A stretch of DNA of 64,000 nucleotides from Lama glama (lineage: Eukaryota): the NCBI GenBank assembly GCA_028534125.1, contig CM052817.1, positions 47,990,001 through 48,054,000 of the forward strand, read 5' to 3'. The notes beneath the pieces are model-generated. The model was not told where the DNA came from. It searched no databases and worked only from the letters and a program-made list of their open reading frames with translations. The first letter of the stretch is position 1, and every line of letters starts with the position of its first letter. The position numbers and the translations under genes are program-made. Positions 1 to 12,405 of the stretch are shown here, one piece after another.

Positions 1-74
1 GGTAAATTTAACCTAAAAAAGGTAGACTGTAGTTGTCCACCAGAGTGAGGTCTTCCAGTAGAATCACAGTCAAT

Positions 75-112
75 GTGTGTCTGTGTGTTTCTGTGTGTGT
101 GTGTGTGTCTGT
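75..112. repeat. Imperfect (TG)n microsatellite
   Basis: tgtgtgtctgtgtgtttctgtgtgtgtgtgtgtgtctgtg. Confidence 0.85.
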
Positions 113-774
113 GCATATAAAACACAGAATGAGGTCCTGATTAAGAGCATGGGCATAGAAGTTAGACAGACCTGGGTTCCAACTGTGGTTCTGCACATTG
201 TGGAGCCCAAAGGAAATATCGACTTCCCCTACCTTCAGTCTTCTCATAGTGCTTATGACAAAGATTACAGGGCACAAGCACTCAGTTCAGGGCCTGGCTC
301 ATAAAAGATATCCACTCAATGATAAATGGTGCAGCACTGATGTCATTATTATCATCAGGACCTCTAGTGGCAGGCAAGTCAAGAAGACTACAGGTGAACA
401 GCACAACTTTCTCTGGCCCCTCTGTGGGGGGGGGGTTGGGGGGGCCAGTTAAGGCCAGGAGGGTGCTACAAAGGTCATACCTGAAGGCTTAGTTTTATTT
501 AGGCTCTACAATATTGCCCTTTCAACTATGAGAATAATAGTCTAAAGCCCTTAAGCCATAAAAATCAGCACCGGGAAGCTGCTGACTTGCAATCTGGTCC
601 CTACTTGTTGAAGAAACTGTGGAGCTCATCAAGGTATGATGAGTTTGTGAAAATACCATATTTCTCGCTACGTAAGAGAACTGGATATTAGATCAAAGAA
701 GCTGGGGGAGATCATCACATGGGAAATAAAAGTGATTAAGTTCATTAAGGGCAAATGCTCTTTTATTCTAAAAG

Positions 775-1010
775 GTGGTAAACCACGATGGCTATGAGAT
801 CAGGCTTTGGGGTCAGAACTGCCTGGGTTCGAATCTTGGCTCAACCATTTAAGAACTCTATAACCTGGCAAGTTACTCATCGATTTTTTTTATCTGTAAA
901 ATAGGTATTAATCATAAGTATGTTTTTGTAGGTGTTTTTGGAGTACTAAATTTTAAAAATCCGTGTAAAGCTTTTGGTCCAATGCCAAGCTCAATAAATA
1001 GGAGCTACTG
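775..1010 (+). mobile_element. MIR SINE fragment
   Basis: caggctttggggtcagaactgcctgggttcgaatcttggctc...ggcaagttact...tctgtaaaatagg matches the MIR core. Boundaries approximate. Confidence 0.7.
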
Positions 1011-4000
1011 TTCCATCATTTTCATCACCATCATCACCTTCATTACCATGTCTCCTTGTTTCCCTGTTACTGACCAGAGGGGGTGGCATACAGCCGGAGC
1101 TCAAGAAACATTTGTCAAATTTACAAATTAAAGGCTATCTTCCACATTTCAGAACACTGAACAAATCTGAAAGATAAATGTTGGCCATTCCTGATGTTAA
1201 AGATAAACTAACTCAAGCAGAGGCAACAGACGTGGCAGTGAATTCTTCTTGATCTTTGTTTCTTTAGGCTTGCCAGAAGAATGGAAAAAGCAAGCTCCAG
1301 GAACTGCCTTTCATCTTTTTTGCTGCCCTTTAGTTTCCCTGAGTCCCCCCATACAGAACACTAGCTTAACAGGCAATGTTTCCACTGCAGAAACACAGAT
1401 CTAAACTGTTGAGCCAGCCTGGGAAACCAGCTAGACCCGCTTCCCAACAGGGCTGTACTGAATCAACGGTGAGATCTGAGGCATGCCTGACTGTCGCTGG
1501 CCAAGGTCGAGGGGTATCCTCCTGAACTTGAAACTAGTACATCATAATTCCTTACGTTCTTCCATGTAAAAAGACAGATTTCGGCAGGGAGACCAAGACA
1601 GAGGTCATAAACACCACGTTCAAAGCAAGTCTGCCTAAGTAGGCACAGGGAACAAGATCTGCACTTCTCATTACACGGGAGAAAATAGTTAGCTAGCATC
1701 ATCAGAAGCCACCAAACGGGGAGGGATGCAGGAGCTGGGAGGGAAGGTATTGAACTGTTTCATTTAAAAAAGTCACACGTTTCTCTTGATCCCATTTGTT
1801 TGATCTGTCTTTCAAAGGTAGCTCTTTATAGTAAAGCTATTCCCAAAAGGTGTCATCTGTTTCTTTAAAACACACATAGTCACAGAGTGGAGGGAACAAA
1901 GTTCCCGCCTCCAAGGTAACTGCTGACACCACTTTCCGTGCGAATTCTGAGATTAACTGTTAATCTTGACTTTAGCTCAGTTGTGACTTAGGTTTTCATT
2001 AAACTGTACCCTCAACATCTGCTTCTTCCTGTTCTGACTTTTCAAATGAGCTAACAAGGGTTCTGCAGTGAATGCACATCACCCAAGTTCATTAGTGAAT
2101 ACCAAGTTCCATGCTAAGAAGGGCACATGGTCTCAAACTGGCTGACTTTCTCAGATATGATTCCTAAAGCTAGGAACAGCCTCACTCACCGAAGCAAGGA
2201 ACAACAATCGTCAATGCTAGACTGCTTCATCCTTGTTGCTTTCAAATCTACATTTCCCACAATACGTTGGAAACTACATTAACAAAGCAATTTCATTTCC
2301 TACATTTGGGGCAAAACCTTGCCTAGCAAAAATGTCTGCCAAACGCCCCTTTTCACTGCTTCTTACGATGCACACTGACTTTCTGCACTGACCCAAAGCT
2401 GCCAGGTGGAAACAGGCACAATTATGGACCCCGGTAACTGAGTGATGAGGGCCAGCACATGACAACTTAAGGAAGGTCAAAGGAAAAGCAAGCTCACGCT
2501 CACTGATCCCTTACAACTGTCTCTCTCCTTTCTCTGTATTGTAGTCTGTTCCTGTAGATACTAACGAGCTTTGTATATCGGAGCAAAAAGAATCCCTGTA
2601 AAATGAAGAACAAAAGTGCTTTCAGCTTTAACTCCTCTGCAGCCATATTTGGGTGAGAAAAGAGTTGGGAAGAGGCCTTGCCTCTCTTCCTAAAAATAGC
2701 AGTTTATACAGTGGCTGTTCTCTGTGTCCCTTTGGAATCACGCAAGATTACTCAGCTGACAGATTCTCCAAGATTAAAGCCAACTTGCTGTAACAAACCA
2801 AGAAAAAAATAATTTTTAAACATATCTGGCTTTTTTGAATTAGAATTTTATACTGTACTAGTGAAAAGAAAATAATACAATAATAAAAGGGAAAAAAAGG
2901 TGGATGGTGATGAGTACATGTGAACTGATGGGGAGATTTCTATGTATCCCTTACTAGTGGCTCCGCACTAAGAGATCCTGTAAAAGAAACCCTGCAGTTG
3001 TGTCGTGTGAGTCCACCTTCAGGGGTCCCAGGGGCAAATTCCTTCCTAGTAGAGCCTCTCACAACGTGAGGTCATGATTACCTACAATGACCTCTCTAAA
3101 AGTTGATCTGTCCAGACGAGGTCCCATTGCGTACGCTGTCAAAAGCTGTCATCAGACTTTTCCACCAGCTGATGGGCTGGTGTCTATGAGGCAACAGAGG
3201 AACAGAGAGCATTTTGGCAGGGGATCTGATGCTATGAAATTCACAACAATTTTAAACCTACCCTACAACTTGCTCTGCACTGGCAAAAGTGACAATAGAT
3301 TTCCCTCTGTCCCCACAGAACATACGATCTATTCCTTTTTAAGGTCCTCTGTATGAACCAGAGACAAATTCCAGCAGTAACTTTTCATTTTACTTCCCTA
3401 TGTGTTACATGAGGTGCATATTTTTTCATAATTCTGGTCAGAAATTAATTAAACCAGTGAATTGGCATTGTGGAAAGTAAGGACAGAAGCTGAACATTTA
3501 AATCTTTTAACTGTTTACAAAGTCTTTTGTGCATAACGTGTACTCTTAAGGCAAAGTCAGTCCTAGCTAGAAGTTGAGAAATTACACCTCTACTTTCCAC
3601 AAATTCATCTGACTGGCAATTGACATATAAATGTGTTAACTGAAAAGAAATGAAGGGCTTTTGCCTTTCACTGTATTTTTCGCATTGTTTGAATTTTTTC
3701 CAAGAATGTACTGCTCCATTACTTGTGTAACTAAACAAGCATTTTGAAAATCTTCTCAAAAATTAGAATAGTTTAAAAATACACAAACATTTTCAGAGAA
3801 AAATTTGGAAGGATATTGCTAACATTTGTTGTTTATAGCTGTTAGGTCTGTATGTGATTCATGCTTTGTACCATGGGGCAAAGCAGAAGATACAAATTAT
3901 CAATAATTGGCTAGTATTGTTTATATCAGAAAAAATAATAAAACATTTGCCACAAGAGAAAATTGGAAGCTTCATGGCAGATAGACATTAACCTTTTTTA

Positions 4001-4401
4001 GTCCTATCTCTACTTCTCAATAGGCTTTCACATATGGTTTATATTTATCTATTAAACAGATATTCACCCCCTCAATCAAACCTATATATTGACTCCTAAC
4101 TTTCTAAATGATCTATCATTTTTCTTCTTCAAAAGTTCATTTCTAAAGTTTTCTAGTTCTAAGTCAGTAATTTCACTCTCTTCTCTCTGTGAACATGAGG
4201 CCTTCTGATGCAAAGAAGAGAGAAACACAGTCAACAATACTTAAGAATAACAGAACAATGACAAAATGATTGCCCTGAGTCATTCGCATTATCCAGGAGT
4301 CTAATGTGGGGACCGAGGACAGGATGCAGGGACAGGTAAATGCGAAGTGATGGGAAAAAAGGATGTAGGGAGACAAGGAGAGCAAAAAAGGTAGTGGAAA
4401 G

Positions 4402-4482
4402 TGATATTGAACTGTATGAAACAGCCATATGCATAGGTCAAAAAATTGGAATACTGGTAATTTAATATGGTTCAACCAAATA
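4402..4482. mobile_element. MADE2-like mariner-derived miniature element
   Basis: About 80 bp with degenerate terminal inverted repeats ttgaactgtatgaaa ... tttaatatggttcaaccaaata and internal taggtcaaaaa. Confidence 0.7.
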
Positions 4483-4486
4483 ACTG

Positions 4487-4566
4487 CAATAATAGTAGTA
4501 GTAGTAGTAGTAGTAGTAGTAATAAAAATAACGATACTACTAATAATAGTAATAGTAATAATAATA
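4487..4566. repeat. (TAG)n/(TAA)n trinucleotide repeat
   Basis: aataatagtagtagtagtagtagtagtagtagtaat...taataatagtaatagtaataataatag. Explains the poly-Thr/Ile run in ORF 4173..4601. Confidence 0.9.
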
Positions 4567-4763
4567 GAAGGGGTGAAGGAATAAGAAGGAAATGAAGACA
4601 CATTTTTTAAAAGCCTTCATTCTACCAAACTCCTGCTTCATATAGTGTGTTATGGAAGTGGTTAAGAATCTCAGACAGTTCTTAAGGAATTCTGCTCTTC
4701 ACACATCCAATTATCTGTCAGTGCTCTGAGAAGGAAAAAGAGATGAGTATTTCACATATTTAC

Positions 4764-4836
4764 CTTCAAGATGGGAGCCATAAAAACTGACAGACCAGTC
4801 AGAATAAACACAAGGGTTCCAGTGACTCTTTGTTCC
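4764..4836 (-). CDS. SLC4A4: SLC4A4 internal coding exon, 73 nt: (R)[24 protein letters not shown]
   Basis: Acceptor tgtttcag|G GAA, donor AAG|gtaaat. Completes the split Arg codon and has the EQRVT motif. The next exon (FIPMPVLYG...) was not found in 1-4763. Confidence 0.96.
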
Positions 4837-5983
4837 CTGAAACAAAATCAAAAGATGACCGTTCTACCTGTTGTTTTCATAAACACGCTCTTGTCTTTTC
4901 ACCTTCAAAAAAGACTATACGTTGACCAAATCAAGGCTTGGCTAAAACAGCAAAGGTATGGACATATATGTAATTAATACCTCAAGGACAGCATATAGGC
5001 CTAACAGAACTATAAAATTCTCTTAACATTATTGCAGTATGTGATTTGAATTCATCAAGTAAAAAGTGATTCTGCTAAATCCTCTGTCCTTTTAGAATTA
5101 AGAGAGAAAACATCACTTGCTCTGGGTCCATCAATTACTGGCCTATGTAAAGCACTTATTTTTAAACAACTTGTACTGTTGTGTAATTACACCTTCTTTC
5201 ATGGGAGACGGTGATTACACTGTCCCACATGCTAATTAACAAAACAGCTCAGAAAAATTTCGTAAGTGCAATAAATCCTATCAGTCTAATTTCCAAATCT
5301 GCAACAACAAAAGTACTTTTTAACAAAAATGATTCCCATACAACACCCTTCTCCCCAGCCCCCAAGAAAGAATCACCCAGTGTTGTGGCGTGGGAAATGA
5401 AGGCTCTGTCGTGTGAGCTATTCACCCGAGCACTGAGGAGCAGAATTTGCTGCAAAACATACACAACAGAGTATAAAGGTCTCTTAAGAGCCTTTCAGGG
5501 CTTCCCAGATTTAACAGCTGGAGGTCAAGGTTTCTCAGTGCTACGGGACAGAAAATGAACTGGAAAATCAGACTTGCTTTCCTTTCATGGAATCTTGAAA
5601 GTCATAAGCAGACTCAAGAAAGTCTCAATAGAGCTGAAAAATTAAAGGGTTTGGCTTTTATATATGATGGTGACAGAGTGTATACCATAGCACCAAAATG
5701 CCCTGCATACTGAAGAAAATGAATGATCTGTTTGTGTTTTCACTTTGCATCTTTTAGCCTTCTGTTAATCAAAGGAGATGTATGTGATGTAAGAAGGGAA
5801 CTCAAGAAATTACTGAAGCCCCTCTTTCTAACGAAAACTCAGTCCTCTCTAGAAGAGCAAGTACAGGAAGAAATCATTTATCACCAGCCCTTTCTCCTTC
5901 ATGCCTGCCCACTTCCTGCTGAACCATGTGCAGATGTGTGCATAATGTGTTCTGTGGAGCCATCTTCCTCTGACTTAACCTAC

Positions 5984-6162
5984 CTCACTCCGAGAAACTT
6001 CGGTTGTTCTCCAGGTGCTGAAGTCTCCGTCTCCATCTTCAAGCTGTCGATGTGAGCGATGGAGATGACAGTGGCAGCCACATACCACGGAAGAGCCATG
6101 AAGGAGCACACCACCATGAGGATGGCCACCCAAAAGAGATCCAGGTGATACCCAGCTCCTTT
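5984..6162 (-). CDS. SLC4A4: SLC4A4 internal coding exon, 179 nt: [59 protein letters not shown](R)
   Basis: Acceptor ttgctgcag|AAA, donor AG|gtaggt. Corresponds to ORF 5980..6171 and has the KGxGYHLDL SLC4 motif. Confidence 0.97.
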
Positions 6163-7519
6163 CTGCAGCAAGAGGTAACAAAACCATGTGGAGAGAGTAC
6201 TCAGGTTGCTCTCCAGTCATATGTCCAGATGGGAGTTAAGATCATTGCAAGAAATCAACTCACTTTGCATGATAAACATAACTATTAGAAGGTTAGCTCC
6301 TTGAATGAGGAAACTTCCCCTTCTTCATAATGTCCCTCTGACAATTCAATACAAAGCAACCACATGACATCTCCTCCAGCCTGATGTAAGTCTCAGCTCA
6401 TAATTTGTTTATTGTTACTTATCCTCTCTGTGTCCAGTCATGTGATCGGAACCGTGGAGATATAGCTACCCTGAAGAGTTACTGAGACCATTCAATACAG
6501 TAACTGAGGGAAAGTATCCTGTGTGAACTTAAATGGTGGTGCTGGAGCTCAGTAAATGGTGATAGTAGCCAGAGCGTTTAGTTGTTTTTAACAGAAGCAC
6601 AATAAACACCTTAAAAACTATGCCTTCTCTGTGTGACTGTTCAGCAGTTTGCTGTTCACCTAGGCTGGATTCAGTACACGCAGACGAACAATCTGACAGC
6701 AACCTTAAGAAAGTACACAGAACACGGCTTCTTATCTTTCATGGTATATGCAAATAATCGTTTAACAATCTATTAAACATGATTATCAAGGTAATTATAC
6801 TCCCTTAATGAGAAGAGGCTGATTTCAAACATTGAGGGATGCTCACAATAACATTTACTGACTGGAAGAGCAGACAAGGTAACCAAAGGTCCAGCTCTTT
6901 TACTCACTAAATAAATATCGTTCAATGTATCCATAATGTTGTTCTATGGTTCTATTTCACTGCTCTGTTTATGAAGAAATCCAATGCCTAACACCCCTAT
7001 GGAGTCTCAGAAAACAGAGCAGTCCATTTTCACAGCATGGGAGCAGCAGAGCCCAGAGCCAGCGTGGGACCAATCTGGGGGATGGAGAGGTCGGCTTTAA
7101 AGTCAGAACGGGCTTTACACTAGGAGCCGAGTGACTGCTATCATTCAGATCCTGTTACAGTTCCTCAGGCAGTGCTCTCTTCTCACTGACACGCCAGGAT
7201 TCCACCCGTGGCTCGCATACATGGGTCTAATCATGTTCTCGGAGAACTCATCACAGGCAAGGGGAGCTGACACAAGAAAGAAAAGTGTATTTTTACTCAG
7301 TCCAGGTTTGACTAAGAGCGTATATCTCCTTAAAAGACAAATGGGCTAATATATATTCATAAAACCAGTTCATTTCAGTACAGATGGTTTGAAGGAACAA
7401 GGGTTTGAACTGGGAGTGGGTTAAGGCAGGGGAAAGGAGGGCAAAGGGGAAGAGGGGCTGAGATCACCTGTTCAGGAGTGACTAATGAGGTGAATATCAT
7501 GATGTATCTGAGGTCTCAG

Positions 7520-10330
7520 TCATTCATTCTTTCAACAAATTCTGACTGCCGACCTGTTAACAGGTACAGGCTTAGGTGGTGGTGACACATTTGCAGACAT
7601 AACAGACAGATTCCTGTGCTCGTGGAATTTCTATTCTACTGAGGGAGACAACAATGAACAACATAAATAAGTAAACTACACAGTGTCTAAAATAGTAATA
7701 AGCACTACGGAGAGCTGTAAGAACTTGGGCCTGTATTCTGAGTATAGTGGGAAGCCACTGGAGGGTTTCAAACGGAAGAATGACATGATTTGCTTAGTTC
7801 TAAACACTATGGCTGCTGTGGTAGGAACGGACTGAAGAGAACAGTGAGACCAGCTGGGAGGTTGCTGCCATGATCCATGCAAGAGATTGTGATGGTTAGA
7901 ACCAGAGTGGTACCAGTGAAGACGGCAGGAAGTGGGTGACTCCAGCTACACATTAAGGTGAAACCTACAGGATGTGCTCACTCCTGCCTGTGGATGTGTA
8001 GGCCATTCACGATCTGGCCTCTGTTCACATCTGCAGTCTCATCTTCGACCTCTTCCCTGCCTGGATCCTATGTTACATCCATTTTCAACCACATGCAATT
8101 CCCTGAATGTGTCTTAGTCACTAATGCCTTTTGTGTCTTTGCCCATATAGCACCCCCTACCTGGAATAACCTCTACTCTTCCTTCTTTTTCCCTTGGCTC
8201 CATCCTACTCTTCCTTAAGACTTAAATCAGCCTTCATTTTTTTTTTCTGGTAGTTTTTCCTTCCTTGGTCCAGGTGAGATAGGTGAGTCTCAGGTAGGTG
8301 AGGTCTCCTTTATGTTTCCCTGTCTGTCACTTTACACATTCCTCTAATACAGCACTCATCACACTGGTTTAAAGTTGTAGATGTATTTATCTGTCTTTGA
8401 CATTAGACTATAGGTAACATGAGGAACTGGACTGTATCCTGAATACCTAAGCAGAGTGCATGACGTGTGGTCAGTGCATAGTTAATGTTCATTAAAAAGT
8501 AAATTAGTACAAATAGTACGTGTACAGTCTTCTGAATGGCAACTACAAACTCTCAATTAGCTACATAAAAACTAAAGCTTGACTTGTTAATTGGTAGAAA
8601 TGTGACCCATTTGGGGGACAAGTGGGGAGGTGGACAGTATCTGGAAATGCCACACAGTTTCCAGACCTACTTAGACTAAATCACTCAAGACCACAGTAGA
8701 GGTACCAACAAGGTAACTGATGGGCAGGATCCCCAAATCTTGTCACCAAGGAAACTGCAATAACCTAAGTATGTGTAAACTGGCCAGATCAACAAGTCAA
8801 AAGAATAGTGGTTGCAGAAAAAAATCATTCCTGCCACCCTGAGCTGTCTCCATGCTTTCTTAAACTATTTCAAGTAAAATGAATTTGAGCTAGATATCCT
8901 AGAGACTAGCAAAAAAGGGGCTGCATGATACCAAAGAGGGTAGAGTGAGGATTTTAGAAAGTATATACAAAGGTAGCCACAAAACCACCGGAATAAATAA
9001 AAGTTCTGGAACAAAATAATCGTAATTATAGACACATAATTACTCGGCGCCTCTTGACATTACTGTCTTCAAAAAGTCTTCCTTTCCCTCAGCCATGCTA
9101 AGACTGCTTGATGCTCTTTATAAAGAAGGGAAAATCATCAGTAAGACCTGACAGCCTTGCCTGGTTTGCCTCTGCACAGTCCCCTCACCAGACTCAACTC
9201 TGACTCTCTCTCCCAGCAGCCACAATGGGTTACTTCAGTCATTCATTCTTGCCAGGTTATCTCCTCTTATAAAGCCGGTCATACACAGGGATTCCGGTGC
9301 CCTTCTCGAGCACCCTACCCACCTAGCCTCACTCAGCTAAGTCCCACTAAGGTGTGAGGTCTCAGTGTAAGTGACACCACCACGAAACTCCCAGCACCTC
9401 CTGGACTAGGTCAAACTCTCTCTTATAGGCTCTTAAAGCCCCTTCACCTCTCTTTGACAGCATCAGACACATGTGCCATGTCACATTCTGCATCATTCTC
9501 TGAATGATGCCTCTCTCCCTCAGGGACCAGAAGCTCCGTGAGGACAGGGACCATGTATATTTCTGTCCACCACTGACACTCCAGGACGTGGCACAGTGCC
9601 CCCCACAGAGTGGACACTAGATAAACATTCGTTGGATAAATGAACGAATGTTAATTCATCTGTTCAATGGCACCATGCTAGATCCTAGAAGTAACACTAT
9701 AGGTAATACACATTCCTTGCCTTCCAGTGGTTTATAGCATAGTAGTATAAAGCTGGACAAGTCAACGGACATTCTCAATACAACAGTGTTAAAGGTCTAC
9801 AGTAGGGGTGAGCTCCTGCCATGGCTGCACCCAGGAAGGGTACTCACCTCAGCCCAGAGTCAGGGATGGTTTGCATATACAGGGTGGTATTTACTGAGTC
9901 CTGAAACATGAGCTATAACCAGCTGGGAGACAAGAAGCAGGGGAGCAGGGACAAAACACAGGCAAAGAGCTGCCATTTTGAGGAAATTAACTAGAGTTGC
10001 TGCATAGGAGGAGATGAGAAAGGTAGGAAATAAGGCTAAAGAAGTTAAGAACTTGGCTGTTTGGCTAAAGGCTTTGGAATTTTTTTAATCATAAGAGCAA
10101 CGGGAAGGCACTGAAGACTTTGAAGCAGGCCAGTGAAATGATCAGATTTCTGTTTAGAAGGATGGAAGGGTTGGAAGTGAACAAGACTGGAGGCAGCAAT
10201 GACACACAGGACAATGCAGCTATCATCCAGGCCGGAGATGATGTACTTTAAACTGAAGTAACAGCACTGGGAAAGGCAAAGGGCAGATGGGAGAGATGTT
10301 AAGGAGCTGAGACTGAAGAGGGAAAAGCAA
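7520..10330. mobile_element. Cluster of ancient L2 LINE fragments in both orientations, with intervening unique DNA
   Basis: L2 3'-end hallmarks such as cattcattctttcaacaaat (7521), gtgaggacagggaccatgt...ggcacagtgcc...taaatgaacgaatg (9538-9650), and ggccagtgaaatgatcagattt...atccaggc (10130-10230). Boundaries approximate. Confidence 0.6.
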
Positions 10331-10448
10331 TGAATTTATTTTCCCAGATTTCCGTGTTCAAGGCTTGCAATGTGTCATACAGTGTCCTACACACAGTAAA
10401 CTCGGGAGATGTATTTGTTGAACAGAATGGTAAAGCTATGCTCAAGGT

Positions 10449-10555
10449 GGGGTGGGTATAGCTCAGGGGTACAGTACATGCTTCGCACGCACGAAGTCCT
10501 GGGTTCAATCCCCAGAGCCTCCTCCAAAAAAAAACAAAAAACAAAAAAAAAAAAA
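10449..10555 (+). mobile_element. tRNA-derived SINE, vic-1-like (camelid), short form
   Basis: ggggtgggtatagctcaggggta (A box) ... gtcctgggttcaatcccc (B box) followed by an A-rich tail. Confidence 0.85.
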
Positions 10556-11480
10556 CCTGTGCAACTAACTAGTGCCATAAAGACCCCAGAACTCGAATGG
10601 CTGTGTTAAAAAAGTCATTCCTGCAAAACAAATCTATACATATGAAGATAAGCCACTTATGAGATCTTTTAGCTAAAAGTATCTGAATAAGTAGATCTGA
10701 ATGGAATGAAAATAATATTCAGATAGTTGGCACTTCCTAATGGAAATAATAATCTAAGAAATACAAAGAAACAGCATTTTTCTGTAATATCATGTGAAAC
10801 CTTTTGTTCCTTATCCCTGCTCCCTACTGCCACTGCCTTTTTCAGATTCCTCTCATCGTCTCCTGGATCATACAGAGGCCGCCTGACTGCTCCTTCCACC
10901 CGCCTCCTCTCTTGCAGCTCCCCCATCCATCCTTACTGCTGCCAGAGGAAATGCCTAAAGCGGGGCTCTGAAGCCATCCATCCAGACTGGAATGTCAAGG
11001 GATCAGGGGAGGCCAGTGAGAGAGGAGGAGGCCAGGCAGGACAGAGCAGGTCCTGACAAGCCCAGCTTCCCACGCTGAGGCTCACGCATTTGAGTCTGTG
11101 ATGGGGGCCCTGAAGGATTCCAGAAACGGTACCATTCCCTAAACATGCCTTGCACGTTATGCACCACTCTTCAAACCTGTACTCTGTTTTCCCATCTTGC
11201 CATTTGTTTAAATCCATCCTGTCCCTTCAAGGTCCAGCTCGAGCTCCCCTGCTTCCTCCATATCCACCCAGCAACTCTCCGCCCTCAAGGCCACTGTAGC
11301 CACAGAAGCCCCTGCTTCAATCTTGTCCCTGACATCCCATTCTCCAGACTTTTAAAAAGAGCAATCTTTTTAAAATCTCAATCATTACATGGCACTTCCC
11401 TGATCAAAACTCTCCAGTGGCTTCTCATTTGACTTAGAATAAAACCTAAGCACTGTAAAATCATCCATAAAGTTCTACAC

Positions 11481-11699
11481 TAGTGTTTCTTTCCAGAACT
11501 ATTCCCCCCAACCCCCAGGGACAAGTGGTGATGTCTGGAGACATTTTCGGTCGTGACAACTTCGGGGGGAGGGGGTGAGACTGGCATCTAGCAGATAGAG
11601 GCCAGAGATGCTGCTAAACAGACTACAATACTCAGAACAGTCACGACCAACAAAGACTGATTCAAAATGTCAATAATGCGGAGAGGCTGAGAGCCTTAG
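11481..11699 (+). mobile_element. MER20 (hAT-Charlie) DNA transposon
   Basis: atgtctggagacattttcggtcgtgacaact...ctggcatctagcagatagaggccagagatgctgctaaaca...caaaatgtcaataatgc, flanked by an 8-bp TSD-like ttctacac/ttctacag. Confidence 0.8.
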
Positions 11700-11927
11700 T
11701 TCTACAGTGATGTGGCCCCACTCTCACTGACCTTATCTTGAATCCACTAATTTCCCTAAATTCCAGTCACACTGACCTCTTTCCAGTTCCTCAAAACACC
11801 AAGCTCCTGCCAACCCTGGGGTCTTTGCATTTGCTCATATCTTTGCTTGGAAAACTATTTTTGAATAAACATTCATTGAACACCTATTCTATGCTAGGCC
11901 TTGTGTTAGATAAAACAGTGAGTAAGA

Positions 11928-12405
11928 CAATGGAATACTACTCAGCCATAAAAAAGAATGAGATAATGCCATTTGCAGCAATGTGGATGGACCTAGAGAT
12001 CATCATACTAAGTGAAGTAAGTCAGACAGAGAAAGACAAATATCACAGTGATATCACTTATCTGTGGAATCTAAAAAAAAATGAGACAAGTGAACTTATT
12101 TACAAAACAGAAACAGACTTACAGACAAAGAAGACTAATTTATGGTTACCAAAGGGGAAAGGTGGGGGAGGGATAAATTAGGAGTCTGGGATTAGTAGAT
12201 ACAAACTACTATATATAAAATAGATTAAAAAAACACAGTCCTACTGTATAGCACAGGGAACTATATTCAATCCGTTGTAATAACCTATAATAACAAATAA
12301 TATGAAAAAGAATATATATGTGTGTAACTGAATCACTATGTTGTACACCAGAAACTAATACAACATTTTAAATCAACTATACTTCAATAAAAAATTAAAA
12401 AAAAA
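11928..12405 (+). mobile_element. 5'-truncated L1 (ORF2 C-terminus, 3'UTR and poly-A), cetartiodactyl type, inserted into an L2
   Basis: Encodes MEYYSAIKKNEIMPFAAMWMDLEIIILSEVSQ (L1 ORF2 end), then ctactgtatagcacagggaactatattcaa, aataaa and an A tail. Probable TSD taagaca on both sides. Confidence 0.9.

Noticed and set aside
426..444. G-run with possible G-quadruplex (a similar run is near 35039-35048)
   Set aside because: Short homopolymer runs with no supporting context, and their length is unreliable in assemblies.
2515..2595. Minus-strand pseudo-exon after the strong acceptor cttttgttcttcattttacag
   Set aside because: The donor (GTT|gtaagg) is weak and the translation does not match the expected next exon FIPMPVLYG.
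4173..4601. 142-aa hydrophobic ORF with poly-Thr/Ile
   Set aside because: Produced by the TAG/TAA microsatellite plus the MADE2 relic, with no coding hallmarks.
11738..12181. 147-aa ORF
   Set aside because: Chimera of L2 sequence and the L1 ORF2 C-terminus and 3'UTR.
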